This document shows, piece by piece, positions 35,949 through 44,171 of a DNA stretch of 64,000 bases (positions are counted from its first letter, which is position 1; each line of letters begins with the position of its first letter). The translations under genes were made by a program, and so were the position numbers. The DNA is from a bacterium (lineage in GTDB: Bacteria > Patescibacteriota > Minisyncoccia > Phycocordibacterales > UBA12079). The stretch lies in contig DAOWHH010000001.1 in the NCBI GenBank assembly GCA_030641525.1, positions 2,626-66,625 on the forward strand. Direction: 5' to 3'. The notes beneath the pieces are model-generated. The model had not been told where the DNA came from. It searched no databases and was given only the letters and a program-made list of their open reading frames with translations.

Positions 35949-36482
35949 ATGAGTAGAATAGGACAACAACAATTGGAAATTCCAGCAAATACCGAAATTA
36001 ATTTGGTTGATAATTTTGTGGTAGTAAAAGGTCCCTTAGGGGAATTAAAAAGAGAATTAAGACCAGAAATAAAAGTTGAGATAAAAGATTCAATTGTTTC
36101 GGTTAACCCTACAAACAAATCTCCTTTTGCAAAAGCTCTTTGGGGAACTTTTGCATCACATATTTTAAATATGATAAAAGGAGTGAATACTCCTTACGAA
36201 AAGAAATTAATTCTTGAAGGTGTAGGATTTAAATCAGAGATTAAGGGTGATAAGTTGGTTTTAAGTTTAGGATTTTCTCATTTAGTTGAGATAAATATTC
36301 CTAAGGATCTGAAAGTGACAGCTGAAAAGAATAATATTTCAGTATCAGGAATTGATAAAGAATTAGTTGGTCAATTTGCTGCTAAAATAAGAGCCAAGAA
36401 AAAAGCTGAACCATATAAAGGTAAAGGTTTTAGGTATCATGATGAGGTAGTACGCAGAAAGCAAGGTAAGAAGAATGTTTAG
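35949..36482 (+). CDS. rplF: 50S ribosomal protein L6
   Basis: MSRIGQQQLEIPANTEINL and PYKGKGFRY. Confidence 0.93.
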   Translation: MSRIGQQQLEIPANTEINLVDNFVVVKGPLGELKRELRPEIKVEIKDSIVSVNPTNKSPFAKALWGTFASHILNMIKGVNTPYEKKLILEGVGFKSEIKGDKLVLSLGFSHLVEINIPKDLKVTAEKNNISVSGIDKELVGQFAAKIRAKKKAEPYKGKGFRYHDEVVRRKQGKKNV

Positions 36483-36512
36483 ATATAAAGTAGAGGCAAT
36501 AACAAAGTTTTT

Positions 36513-36866
36513 ATGAAAGATAAGAATAAAATCAAAAAGGAAAATAGAGAAAGAAGGCACAAGAGAGTTCGTGCTAAGGTTTTTGGTACATCTAAAAAAC
36601 CTCGTTTATGTGTTTTTAAATCAAACAAATATATTTATGCTCAAATTATTGATGATGAGAAAGGTAAGACATTAACATCTTCTTCAAGTTTAAAAATGAA
36701 AGAGAATGCATTACTTGAAAAGGCGGGTAAAATAGGTGAAGATATCGCCAAAAAAGCAGAAGATTTGAAGATCAAAGAAGTTGTATTTGATAGAGGTGGA
36801 TATATTTTTACCGGTAGAGTAAAAGCTTTAGTTGAAGGAGTTAAAAAAGGTGGTTTAAAATTTTAA
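36513..36866 (+). CDS. rplR: 50S ribosomal protein L18
   Basis: RRHKRVRAKVFGTSKKPRLCVFKSNKYIYAQIIDD. Confidence 0.92.
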   Translation: MKDKNKIKKENRERRHKRVRAKVFGTSKKPRLCVFKSNKYIYAQIIDDEKGKTLTSSSSLKMKENALLEKAGKIGEDIAKKAEDLKIKEVVFDRGGYIFTGRVKALVEGVKKGGLKF

Positions 36867-36875
36867 TATAATAAG

Positions 36876-37616
36876 ATGGTAGAAAAAGAAAATAAAAAAG
36901 AAGATATTAAATCTCAAAATGAGAATGAAAAAAATACACAGAAAGAAGCTGTGAAGGAATTTTCTGAAAGAGAAATTTCGGAGGTTGAGAATACTGAAGT
37001 ATCAAAAGTAGACGAGAAAAAGGGAAGTGAATCTACGATAGACGAGAAAGCTATAGCGAGTGAATCCTCATCTGTTAAGGCTACTGTGGTAAATAAAGTT
37101 ACGGTGGATGAAGGAAAAAAACCTTTTAAGAAAAATTTTAATCCTAGAAAAAGGAGTAGGTTTATTAAACCTAAATCAGAATTTGATCAAAAGATAATTA
37201 AAATAAGAAGAGTTACTCGTGTGATGTCAGGAGGAAGAAGATTTAGTTTTAGTGTGGCTATAGTATTAGGAAATAGAAAAGGAAAGATTGGTGTAGGTAT
37301 TGCTAAGGCTGGTGATACAGCATTAGCGATAGAAAAAGCTGTAAAAAATGCTAAAAAAAATATGGTTCAACTTAAATTAACTAATAATAACTCTATTTCT
37401 TATGAACTTTCAAAAAAATACTGTGCTTCTGTAATTAAGCTTATTCCTACGAAAGAAGGGAAAGGATTGAGCGCTGGTAGTGCTGTTAAAACTATTCTTG
37501 AATTAGCAGGTATTACTGATGTGTCTGGAAAGATTATGACTAGGAGTAAAAATAAATTAAATATTGCTAGAGCAACAGTTGGAGCTTTAGAAGATTTTAA
37601 AATCACTGGTAAATAA
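36876..37616 (+). CDS. rpsE: 30S ribosomal protein S5 with an about 90-100-aa N-terminal low-complexity extension
   Basis: The core KIIKIRRVTRVMSGGRRFSFSVAIVLGNRKGKIGVGIAKA starts near residue 105 of 246. Confidence 0.9.
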   Translation: MVEKENKKEDIKSQNENEKNTQKEAVKEFSEREISEVENTEVSKVDEKKGSESTIDEKAIASESSSVKATVVNKVTVDEGKKPFKKNFNPRKRSRFIKPKSEFDQKIIKIRRVTRVMSGGRRFSFSVAIVLGNRKGKIGVGIAKAGDTALAIEKAVKNAKKNMVQLKLTNNNSISYELSKKYCASVIKLIPTKEGKGLSAGSAVKTILELAGITDVSGKIMTRSKNKLNIARATVGALEDFKITGK

Positions 37617-37622
37617 AACATT

Positions 37623-38054
37623 ATGCAACTTCATCAATTAAAAAGAAAAAATTCAAATAAGAAGAGTGTTTCTGTTGGACGAGGTGGTAAGAGAGGTAAA
37701 ACTTCTGGTAGGGGGCATAAGGGTCAAAATGCTAGGGCAGGAACTAGCAAAAGACCTGAAATGAGGGAAATTATAAAAAAATTACCTAAGAAAAGAGGTT
37801 ATCGTTTTAAGTCTTTCCAAGAAAGACCAGAGATTGTTAATTTATCTTTGATTGAAAATAATTTTTCTAACGGGGAAGAAGTGTCTCCAAAGACTTTATT
37901 ACAAAAATCTTTAATTAGAAAGAAAAGGAATAAAATTCCTGCAATAAAAATTCTTGCAAAAGGGGATATAAGCAAGAAAGTAATAATTTCTGATTGTTTG
38001 TTTTCTCAAACTGTAAAAGATAAGGTAGAAAAAATTGGCGGTAAACTTCAATAA
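37623..38054 (+). CDS. rplO: 50S ribosomal protein L15
   Basis: MQLHQLKR...GRGGKRGKTSGRGHKGQNARAG. It starts 6 nt after the S5 stop, so there is no L30 gene. Confidence 0.92.
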   Translation: MQLHQLKRKNSNKKSVSVGRGGKRGKTSGRGHKGQNARAGTSKRPEMREIIKKLPKKRGYRFKSFQERPEIVNLSLIENNFSNGEEVSPKTLLQKSLIRKKRNKIPAIKILAKGDISKKVIISDCLFSQTVKDKVEKIGGKLQ

Positions 38055-38063
38055 ATTTTTGAT

Positions 38064-39332
38064 ATGAATTTTGCAAGAAAATTTAAATTAATTGTTCAAG
38101 ACAAGAAATTGAGAAATAAAATTCTTTTTGTTTTGTTTGCCTTGATAATTTTTAGAGTGTTTGCCTCTATCCCTATTCCTGGGGTTGATGTTGCTCGTTT
38201 AAATGAATTTTTCTCTAATAATCAATTTTTAGGACTTTTGAATATGTTCTCTGGAGGAGGTTTAGCTAATTTATCTATTGTGATGCTTGGTGTTTCTCCA
38301 TATATTACAGGATCGATTATTATGCAATTACTGACAATGATGATTCCTAAATTGAAGCAAATGTATCACGAGGAAGGGGAAGCGGGAAGGAAAAAATTTA
38401 GTCAATATTCTAGGCTTTTGACAGTTCCTTTGGCATTTGTCCAAGGTTTTGGTTTTTTGAAATTATTACAAAGTCAGGGTGTAGTGAATACATTGGGTGG
38501 TTTTGAATTATTGACCAATATAATCGTGATTGTAGCTGGTTCAATATTACTTATGTGGATTGGGGAATTGATTACAGAATACGGTATAGGAAATGGAGTT
38601 TCTCTTTTGATTTTTGCAGGTATTGTGGCTGGTTTACCAACCGCTATTAGTCAATTATATATTGCTTTTGAACCATCACAAATTCCGATGTATGTAGCTT
38701 TTGTTGGAGTAGCAGTTGCTATTATTTATGCAATAGTAGTTGTAACGGAAGCAGAAAGACCGATTCCTATTCATTACGCAAGACAGGTACGTGGATCTAA
38801 AGTTTATGGAGGAGTTTCTACTTACTTACCTCTAAGAGTAAATCAAGCAGGTGTTATCCCAATTATTTTTGCAATGTCTATCTTATTATTTCCACAAATG
38901 ATTTTAAATTTTTTGGTTAATGTTGACATTAATATGATTAGAACTGTATCTGATTTCATTCTTGGTATATTATCTAATAGTTGGTTTTATGCTGTATCTT
39001 ATTTTATTCTAGTCTTCTTTTTTACATACTTTTATACAGCTATTACTTTTGATCCAGATTCAATTTCAACTAACTTACAAAAGAGTGGAGCTTTTATTCC
39101 AGGAGTTCGTCCAGGTAAATCAACCTCTGAATATTTAGGAAAAGTATTGACTAGAATTACTTTAGTTGGAGCAACCTTTCTTGGAGTAATAGCGGTTTTA
39201 CCTTTGACTATGCAGGCCGTGACAGGTGTGACGGCTTTAGCCATAGGAGGAACAGCACTTTTGATTGTTGTTTCTGTGGTACTTGATTTAGTTAAAAAAG
39301 TCGATGCTCAAATTTCGATGAGAGAATATTAA
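38064..39332 (+). CDS. secY: preprotein translocase subunit SecY
   Basis: 422 aa, 10-TM pattern. GVSPYITGSIIMQLL and GIGNGVSLLIFAGI. Confidence 0.96.
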   Translation: MNFARKFKLIVQDKKLRNKILFVLFALIIFRVFASIPIPGVDVARLNEFFSNNQFLGLLNMFSGGGLANLSIVMLGVSPYITGSIIMQLLTMMIPKLKQMYHEEGEAGRKKFSQYSRLLTVPLAFVQGFGFLKLLQSQGVVNTLGGFELLTNIIVIVAGSILLMWIGELITEYGIGNGVSLLIFAGIVAGLPTAISQLYIAFEPSQIPMYVAFVGVAVAIIYAIVVVTEAERPIPIHYARQVRGSKVYGGVSTYLPLRVNQAGVIPIIFAMSILLFPQMILNFLVNVDINMIRTVSDFILGILSNSWFYAVSYFILVFFFTYFYTAITFDPDSISTNLQKSGAFIPGVRPGKSTSEYLGKVLTRITLVGATFLGVIAVLPLTMQAVTGVTALAIGGTALLIVVSVVLDLVKKVDAQISMREY

Positions 39333-39413
39333 GTCGAAAGTCTATAAAGTTCATAAAGTCGAAAGTCAAAGATTTGCTTCGCAAATTTTTCTTTGTTAAT
39401 TTATAATAATAGT

Positions 39414-40013
39414 ATGGAAAAACAAGCATATATATTCATAGGTCGTTCGGGGTGTGGTAAAGGAACTCAGGTTGATTTATTAATGGACTTTTTAAGAAAA
39501 GACCCGAATAAGAAAATTTTAGAAGTAGAAACAGGAAGTCAATTTCGTGAGTTTATTAATGGTGAAGACTATTCAAATAAAATAGCCAAGGAAATCGGTT
39601 CACAGGGAAAATTACAACCAATGTTTTTGACTGTTTGGATTTGGGCAGCTTCTTTGGTTGAAAATTTAAAAGGAGGTGAGGATCTTATTTTTGACGGTAC
39701 ACCTAGAAAAAAAGATGAAGCAGATGTGTTAGATTCAGTTTTTGGGTTTTATGATTATGAAAAACCAAAAATTATTTATATCAATGTTTCTCGTGAATGG
39801 GCAACCGAAAGATTATTGGCAAGAAAAGAAAAAGAAGGAAGAAAGGACGACGAAATAGAAAAAATAAATATAAGACAAGATTGGTTTGATACAGATGTAA
39901 TGGAGACTATTGATTGGTATAAAGCTAATTCTAATTATAAATTTTTAGATATAAAAGGAGAGCAATCTATTGAAGATGTTCATCAGGAAATTATGAATAA
40001 ATTGGGTGAATAA
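39414..40013 (+). CDS. adk: adenylate kinase-like nucleoside monophosphate kinase
   Basis: P-loop IFIGRSGCGKGTQ, in the secY-adk-map position. The ATG at 39414 is preferred over the TTG at 39393. The sequence is divergent, so substrate is not certain. Confidence 0.7.
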   Translation: MEKQAYIFIGRSGCGKGTQVDLLMDFLRKDPNKKILEVETGSQFREFINGEDYSNKIAKEIGSQGKLQPMFLTVWIWAASLVENLKGGEDLIFDGTPRKKDEADVLDSVFGFYDYEKPKIIYINVSREWATERLLARKEKEGRKDDEIEKINIRQDWFDTDVMETIDWYKANSNYKFLDIKGEQSIEDVHQEIMNKLGE

Positions 40014-40021
40014 TTTTTGTC

Positions 40022-40789
40022 GTGTTACCAAATATCTATACAAAAGAAGAAATAGAGATTTTAAGAGAAGGCGGTAAAAGGCTTAATTTTATTTTGCATG
40101 AGGTAGCAGAACATGTCAGAGAAGATGTAACACCTGATGAATTAAATAAAATTGCTAAAGATTTAATCAAAGAGGGTGGAGATCAAGCTTCTTTTTTGAA
40201 TTACACTGTGGAAGGTCAAAGACCTTATCCATCAGCTTTATGTGTATCTATTAATGATGAGGCAGTTCATGGTTTATCAAAAGATAATTTCAGAAAATTA
40301 CAGGAAGGAGATATTGTGAATATTGATTTGGGTTTAACTCATAAAGGTCTTGTGACGGACAAAACTTTGATGTTAGGGGTGGGTAAATTAAAATCAGAAG
40401 ATATTAACTTAATTGAAACTACCAAATTAGCTTTAGAAGCTGGTATTGAAGAAATTAAAGCTGGTAAAACAACAGGAGATATTGGAAATGCTATCGAAAA
40501 AATTGTTAAAAAAAGAGGTTTTAATGTCGTTAAAGAATTGGGTGGGCATGGAGTTGGTCATAATGTTCATGAAGAACCTTTTGTGCCTAATTACGGAAAA
40601 AAAGGAGATGGAGATATTTTAAAGGAAGGAATGGTCTTGGCCCTTGAGCCAATTGTGACATCAGGAAGTGGTAAAATTTATACAGCTGAAGATGGACATA
40701 CTTACAAATCTGAAGATGGGAAAAATGTAGCCCAATGGGAAGATACAGTGTTGGTGACTAAAAGTGGCTTTGAAATTTTAACAAGATGA
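40022..40789 (+). CDS. map: type I methionine aminopeptidase
   Basis: 255 aa with GTG start. The metal-ligand context D..D..H..E..E is visible (NIDLGL, GHGVGHNVHEEP, LALEP, WEDTVLVT). Confidence 0.93.
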   Translation: MLPNIYTKEEIEILREGGKRLNFILHEVAEHVREDVTPDELNKIAKDLIKEGGDQASFLNYTVEGQRPYPSALCVSINDEAVHGLSKDNFRKLQEGDIVNIDLGLTHKGLVTDKTLMLGVGKLKSEDINLIETTKLALEAGIEEIKAGKTTGDIGNAIEKIVKKRGFNVVKELGGHGVGHNVHEEPFVPNYGKKGDGDILKEGMVLALEPIVTSGSGKIYTAEDGHTYKSEDGKNVAQWEDTVLVTKSGFEILTR

Positions 40790-40913
40790 AAATAAACCCA
40801 AACTTGGCACATTTCTTCGTCAGCTTCGGAAAAATTATTTTCACCTTACCATCAGTAAGGCTCAAAAAATTTTTCCCCGCTTTCTCGAACTGTACTCAAG
40901 TTTGGGTTTATTT
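40790..40913 (+). repeat. copy 2 of the about 110-nt structured intergenic repeat
   Basis: 17-bp perfect terminal inverted repeat AAATAAACCCAAACTTG / CAAGTTTGGGTTTATTT. Conserved core GGAAAAATTATTTTCACC, then hairpin CCTTAC-CATCA-GTAAGG, then CTCAAAAAATTTTTCC. Confidence 0.85.
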
Positions 40914-41022
40914 AAAAAATTTGAGAAAAAGTAGATACATAATAATAAAGCTATTAATTTAAATAATTTTATGTATAATTGAATTCAAAATAATTATTAA
41001 ATAATATAAGATAAATAAAAAG

Positions 41023-41499
41023 ATGGAAAAAGCACGAAAAGAAAGAACTTTAATAATAATGAAACCAGATGCTATTCAAAGAAGTTTATTTGGAGAAATT
41101 TTACAAAGGTTTGAAAGAAAAGGTTTAAAGATTATTGGAGTTAAGATGGCAAAAATTAGTGATGTGTTGGTGGAAGAGCATTATTCTCATTTAATAGATA
41201 AACCTTTTTTTAGTAGTATTAAAAACTATATGCAATCATCCCCTATGGTTTTGCTCGCTTTATCGGGAGTAAATTGTATCTCAGCAGTTCGTTTGATTGT
41301 TGGCCCTACAAAGGGATACGAAGCGGATGCTGGTAGTATTAGAGGGGATTTCTCAATGAGTGGTCAATCAAATTTAGTGCATGCCTCTGACTCAATAGAA
41401 ACAGCTGAAGCAGAAATAAAAAGATTTTTCAAAGAAGATGAATTGTTTGATTATCAGAAAACTGATTATGCATTAATAAATGCTGAAGAACATTTTTAA
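41023..41499 (+). CDS. ndk: nucleoside diphosphate kinase
   Basis: ERTLIIMKPDAIQR and NLVHASDS (active-site His). Confidence 0.93.
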   Translation: MEKARKERTLIIMKPDAIQRSLFGEILQRFERKGLKIIGVKMAKISDVLVEEHYSHLIDKPFFSSIKNYMQSSPMVLLALSGVNCISAVRLIVGPTKGYEADAGSIRGDFSMSGQSNLVHASDSIETAEAEIKRFFKEDELFDYQKTDYALINAEEHF

Positions 41500-41557
41500 T
41501 TAAATTCTTATACCCAAGCACTGATTTACTTTTTGAAAAGTAAGGTATAATAAATGT

Positions 41558-41728
41558 AGAGGATAATTTGATGCAATAACCTAGCTTTTCCAAAAGTAAT
41601 ATGAGAGCAAATGTTTCGGATCACCGTGGTGTTTCGTTCAAGGCACTCACCTAGAAATTTTCTAGGGACATCTGTATCAAGCTATTCTCAATAAAGATAA
41701 TCCGATAATCGGGTTATTTTTATTTTTT
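41558..41728 (+). ncRNA. candidate about 170-nt rod-shaped small RNA (class unknown; 6S-like architecture)
   Basis: TATAAT at 41546-41551. A 17-bp closing helix pairs 41559-41575 with 41673-41689 (16 of 17 including 3 G-U), plus CCTAG/CTAGG. Terminator ATAATCCG-ATAAT-CGGGTTAT plus a T-run at 41697-41728. Confidence 0.35.
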
Positions 41729-41819
41729 ATATTAATCACTTGGAACCCGAGGTTTCAAGTTATGAAGAAGTAATTTAGGAATTTGTTTTGTAAATAATCT
41801 ATATTTTTGGTATATTTAA

Positions 41820-44063
41820 GTGATGATGAGATATGAAAAGATATTGAGAAATATTTTGTTGGGAGCTGTTTTTGTAATTCCTTTCATTCCTTTATTGGTA
41901 CCTTCTTCTTTGTTTTTCCCATATATTGTGGGAAAAAATCTTTTATTTAGAGTTCTGGTTGAAGTGATGTTTGGTATATGGGCTGTATTAGCTATATTTG
42001 ATAAAAAATATCGTCCACGATTTTCTTTTATTTTTACTGGAATTCTTTCTCTAGTAGGAATAATGTTTTTTGCGAATTTATTAGGAATAAACTCTCTAAA
42101 AGGTTTTTGGAGTAATTATGAAAGAATGGAAGGGTGGATTACTTTATTACATCTACTCGGTTATTTCGTTGTTATGACAAGTGTTCTTGATACAAGAAAA
42201 TTATGGAATCGTTTTTTTAATACCTCTCTTGCTGTTAGTGTCTGGGTTGGGTTATATGGTATCTCTCAAATAGCTGGTTGGACAATAGCTCATCAAGGAA
42301 CATCTCGTCTTGATATTAGTTTTGGTAACGCATCTTACTTAGCCATCTATACAATCTTTCATATTTTTCTAGCTCTATTTCTACTTGTCCGCCATAGTTT
42401 TCTTGGCCGCAGTAGCCTTGGTAAAGAAGGATTTATTCGTCACAAGAAATGGAATGATTGGGTTGTTTATACTTATATTGGAGTAATTTTATTAAATATT
42501 TATATTCTTTATCATACAGCTACTAGAGGGGCTATTTTAGGTTTTATAGGATCTATATTATTGATTTCGTTTCTATTAGCTATTTTTGAAAAAGAAAATA
42601 AAAATTTGAGAAAAACAGGGATAGGAATATTAGTTGGAACTTTATTGTTTGTGGGAGGGTTTATAGCTCTAAAAGATGCAAGTTTTATTAGAAATAATAG
42701 TATTTTAAATCGTTTTGCAACTATTTCTTTAGAGGAGAGTACAACAAAATCTCGTTTTATGATTTGGAATATGGCTTGGCAAGGAATTAAAGAGAGACCA
42801 ATTTTAGGCTGGGGTCAAGAATCTTTTAATTATATTTTTAACGAAACCTATGATCCAGGAATGTATGATCAGGAAGAATGGTTTGATAGAACTCATAATG
42901 TTTTTATGGATTGGTTAGTAGTTGGTGGCTTTTTAGGTCTTTTGGCTTATTTATCTCTTTTTGGAACATTGCTTTATTATTTATGGAGGAAAAAACATGA
43001 TAATGGTTTTTCAAATTTTGAGAAAAGTATTTTTACTGGCTTGTTAGCTGGATATTTTGTTCATAATCTTTTTGTTTTTGATAATATCACTAGTTATATT
43101 TTGTTCTTCACTATTTTAGCTTTCATTCATAATCAAATTGATTTTAATAAAGAAGAAAAAGAAAAAAAAGATATATTTTTAGATAATCTTGATGAAGATA
43201 CTAAGCTTAAGACATTTGTTCCAGTTTTGATATTTCTAATGATTTTTTCTCTTTATTTTTTTAATGTAAAAGGGGCTTTAGCTAATAGAAATTTATTATT
43301 AGCTCTTAGTCCTCATCCCGAAATTGGTCTATCGGAAAATCTAAGATATTTTGAAAAAGCATTATCGTATAATTCTTATGCTAATCAAGAAATTAGAGAA
43401 CAATTATTGCAATTTGTGGTAAAAACAAAGGATGTTGGTGCCAATCAAGATACAAAAAATAATTTGTTTGAGTTAGCAAAATTAGAAGCTGAAAAAGAAA
43501 TTGAAAGAGATCCTGAAAATGCTAGAATAGAAGTTCTGATTGGTTCTTTTTTTTCAAATTTTGGAAAAAATGATGAAGCATTGAGACATTTTGAAAGAGC
43601 TTTAACTCTTTCACCCAACAAACAATCTATTCATTTTGGAATGGGTTATATCTATATAACCCAAAAAGAATATCAAAAAGCTTTTGATATTTTCAAAGAA
43701 GCTTATAAATTGGATTCAAGATATGAAAAAGCTAAATCATTATATGCGATATCATCCATTTATGCAGGTAAGAATGATGTAGTAATGTCTTTATATGGAA
43801 CCGATATAATACCAGATCCCAATTTTTTAAGTGCTTATCGTGATACAAGACAATTATCAAAAATGATTCAAGTAGCAGAGGCTATTGTAGAAAATACCCC
43901 TAATAATCCTCAGTCTCATATTTCTTTATCCGCAGCATATTTTGAAAATGGCCAAAAATCTAAGTCAATTGAAGAGATAAGAAAAGCTATAGAATTAGAT
44001 CCAAATTTTAAAGCTCAAGGGGAATTATTTATTAATAGAATTCAGTCTGGGCAAAAACCTTAA
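41820..44063 (+). CDS. O-antigen ligase/polymerase-like polytopic membrane protein fused to C-terminal TPR repeats
   Basis: 747 aa. About 12 TM helices with a Wzy_C-like loop (YHTATRGAILGF) and C-terminal TPR patterns. Start is ambiguous (GTG 41820, ATG 41823 or 41826). Confidence 0.65.
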   Translation: MMMRYEKILRNILLGAVFVIPFIPLLVPSSLFFPYIVGKNLLFRVLVEVMFGIWAVLAIFDKKYRPRFSFIFTGILSLVGIMFFANLLGINSLKGFWSNYERMEGWITLLHLLGYFVVMTSVLDTRKLWNRFFNTSLAVSVWVGLYGISQIAGWTIAHQGTSRLDISFGNASYLAIYTIFHIFLALFLLVRHSFLGRSSLGKEGFIRHKKWNDWVVYTYIGVILLNIYILYHTATRGAILGFIGSILLISFLLAIFEKENKNLRKTGIGILVGTLLFVGGFIALKDASFIRNNSILNRFATISLEESTTKSRFMIWNMAWQGIKERPILGWGQESFNYIFNETYDPGMYDQEEWFDRTHNVFMDWLVVGGFLGLLAYLSLFGTLLYYLWRKKHDNGFSNFEKSIFTGLLAGYFVHNLFVFDNITSYILFFTILAFIHNQIDFNKEEKEKKDIFLDNLDEDTKLKTFVPVLIFLMIFSLYFFNVKGALANRNLLLALSPHPEIGLSENLRYFEKALSYNSYANQEIREQLLQFVVKTKDVGANQDTKNNLFELAKLEAEKEIERDPENARIEVLIGSFFSNFGKNDEALRHFERALTLSPNKQSIHFGMGYIYITQKEYQKAFDIFKEAYKLDSRYEKAKSLYAISSIYAGKNDVVMSLYGTDIIPDPNFLSAYRDTRQLSKMIQVAEAIVENTPNNPQSHISLSAAYFENGQKSKSIEEIRKAIELDPNFKAQGELFINRIQSGQKP

Positions 44064-44070
44064 AACAAAA

Positions 44071-44160
44071 TACTTAGTAATCCAACTACTAAGTTTTTAA
44101 GGTATAAACAGTCAATATATTAAGTATACCACCATACTTAGTAGTTGGATTACTAAGTAT
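44071..44160. repeat. 24-bp perfect inverted repeat separated by about 40 nt
   Basis: TACTTAGTAATCCAACTACTAAGT (44071-44094) is complementary to ACTTAGTAGTTGGATTACTAAGTA (44136-44159). The right arm is identical to 21337-21365. Confidence 0.9.
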
Positions 44161-44171
44161 TTATAATATGT

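Noticed and set aside
41558-41728. SRP (4.5S) RNA identity for the candidate sRNA.
   Set aside because: I cannot find the conserved domain IV features (a GGAA-type tetraloop flanked by the AGGxCAGG / GGAAGCAG-like symmetric and asymmetric loops). The class is left open.
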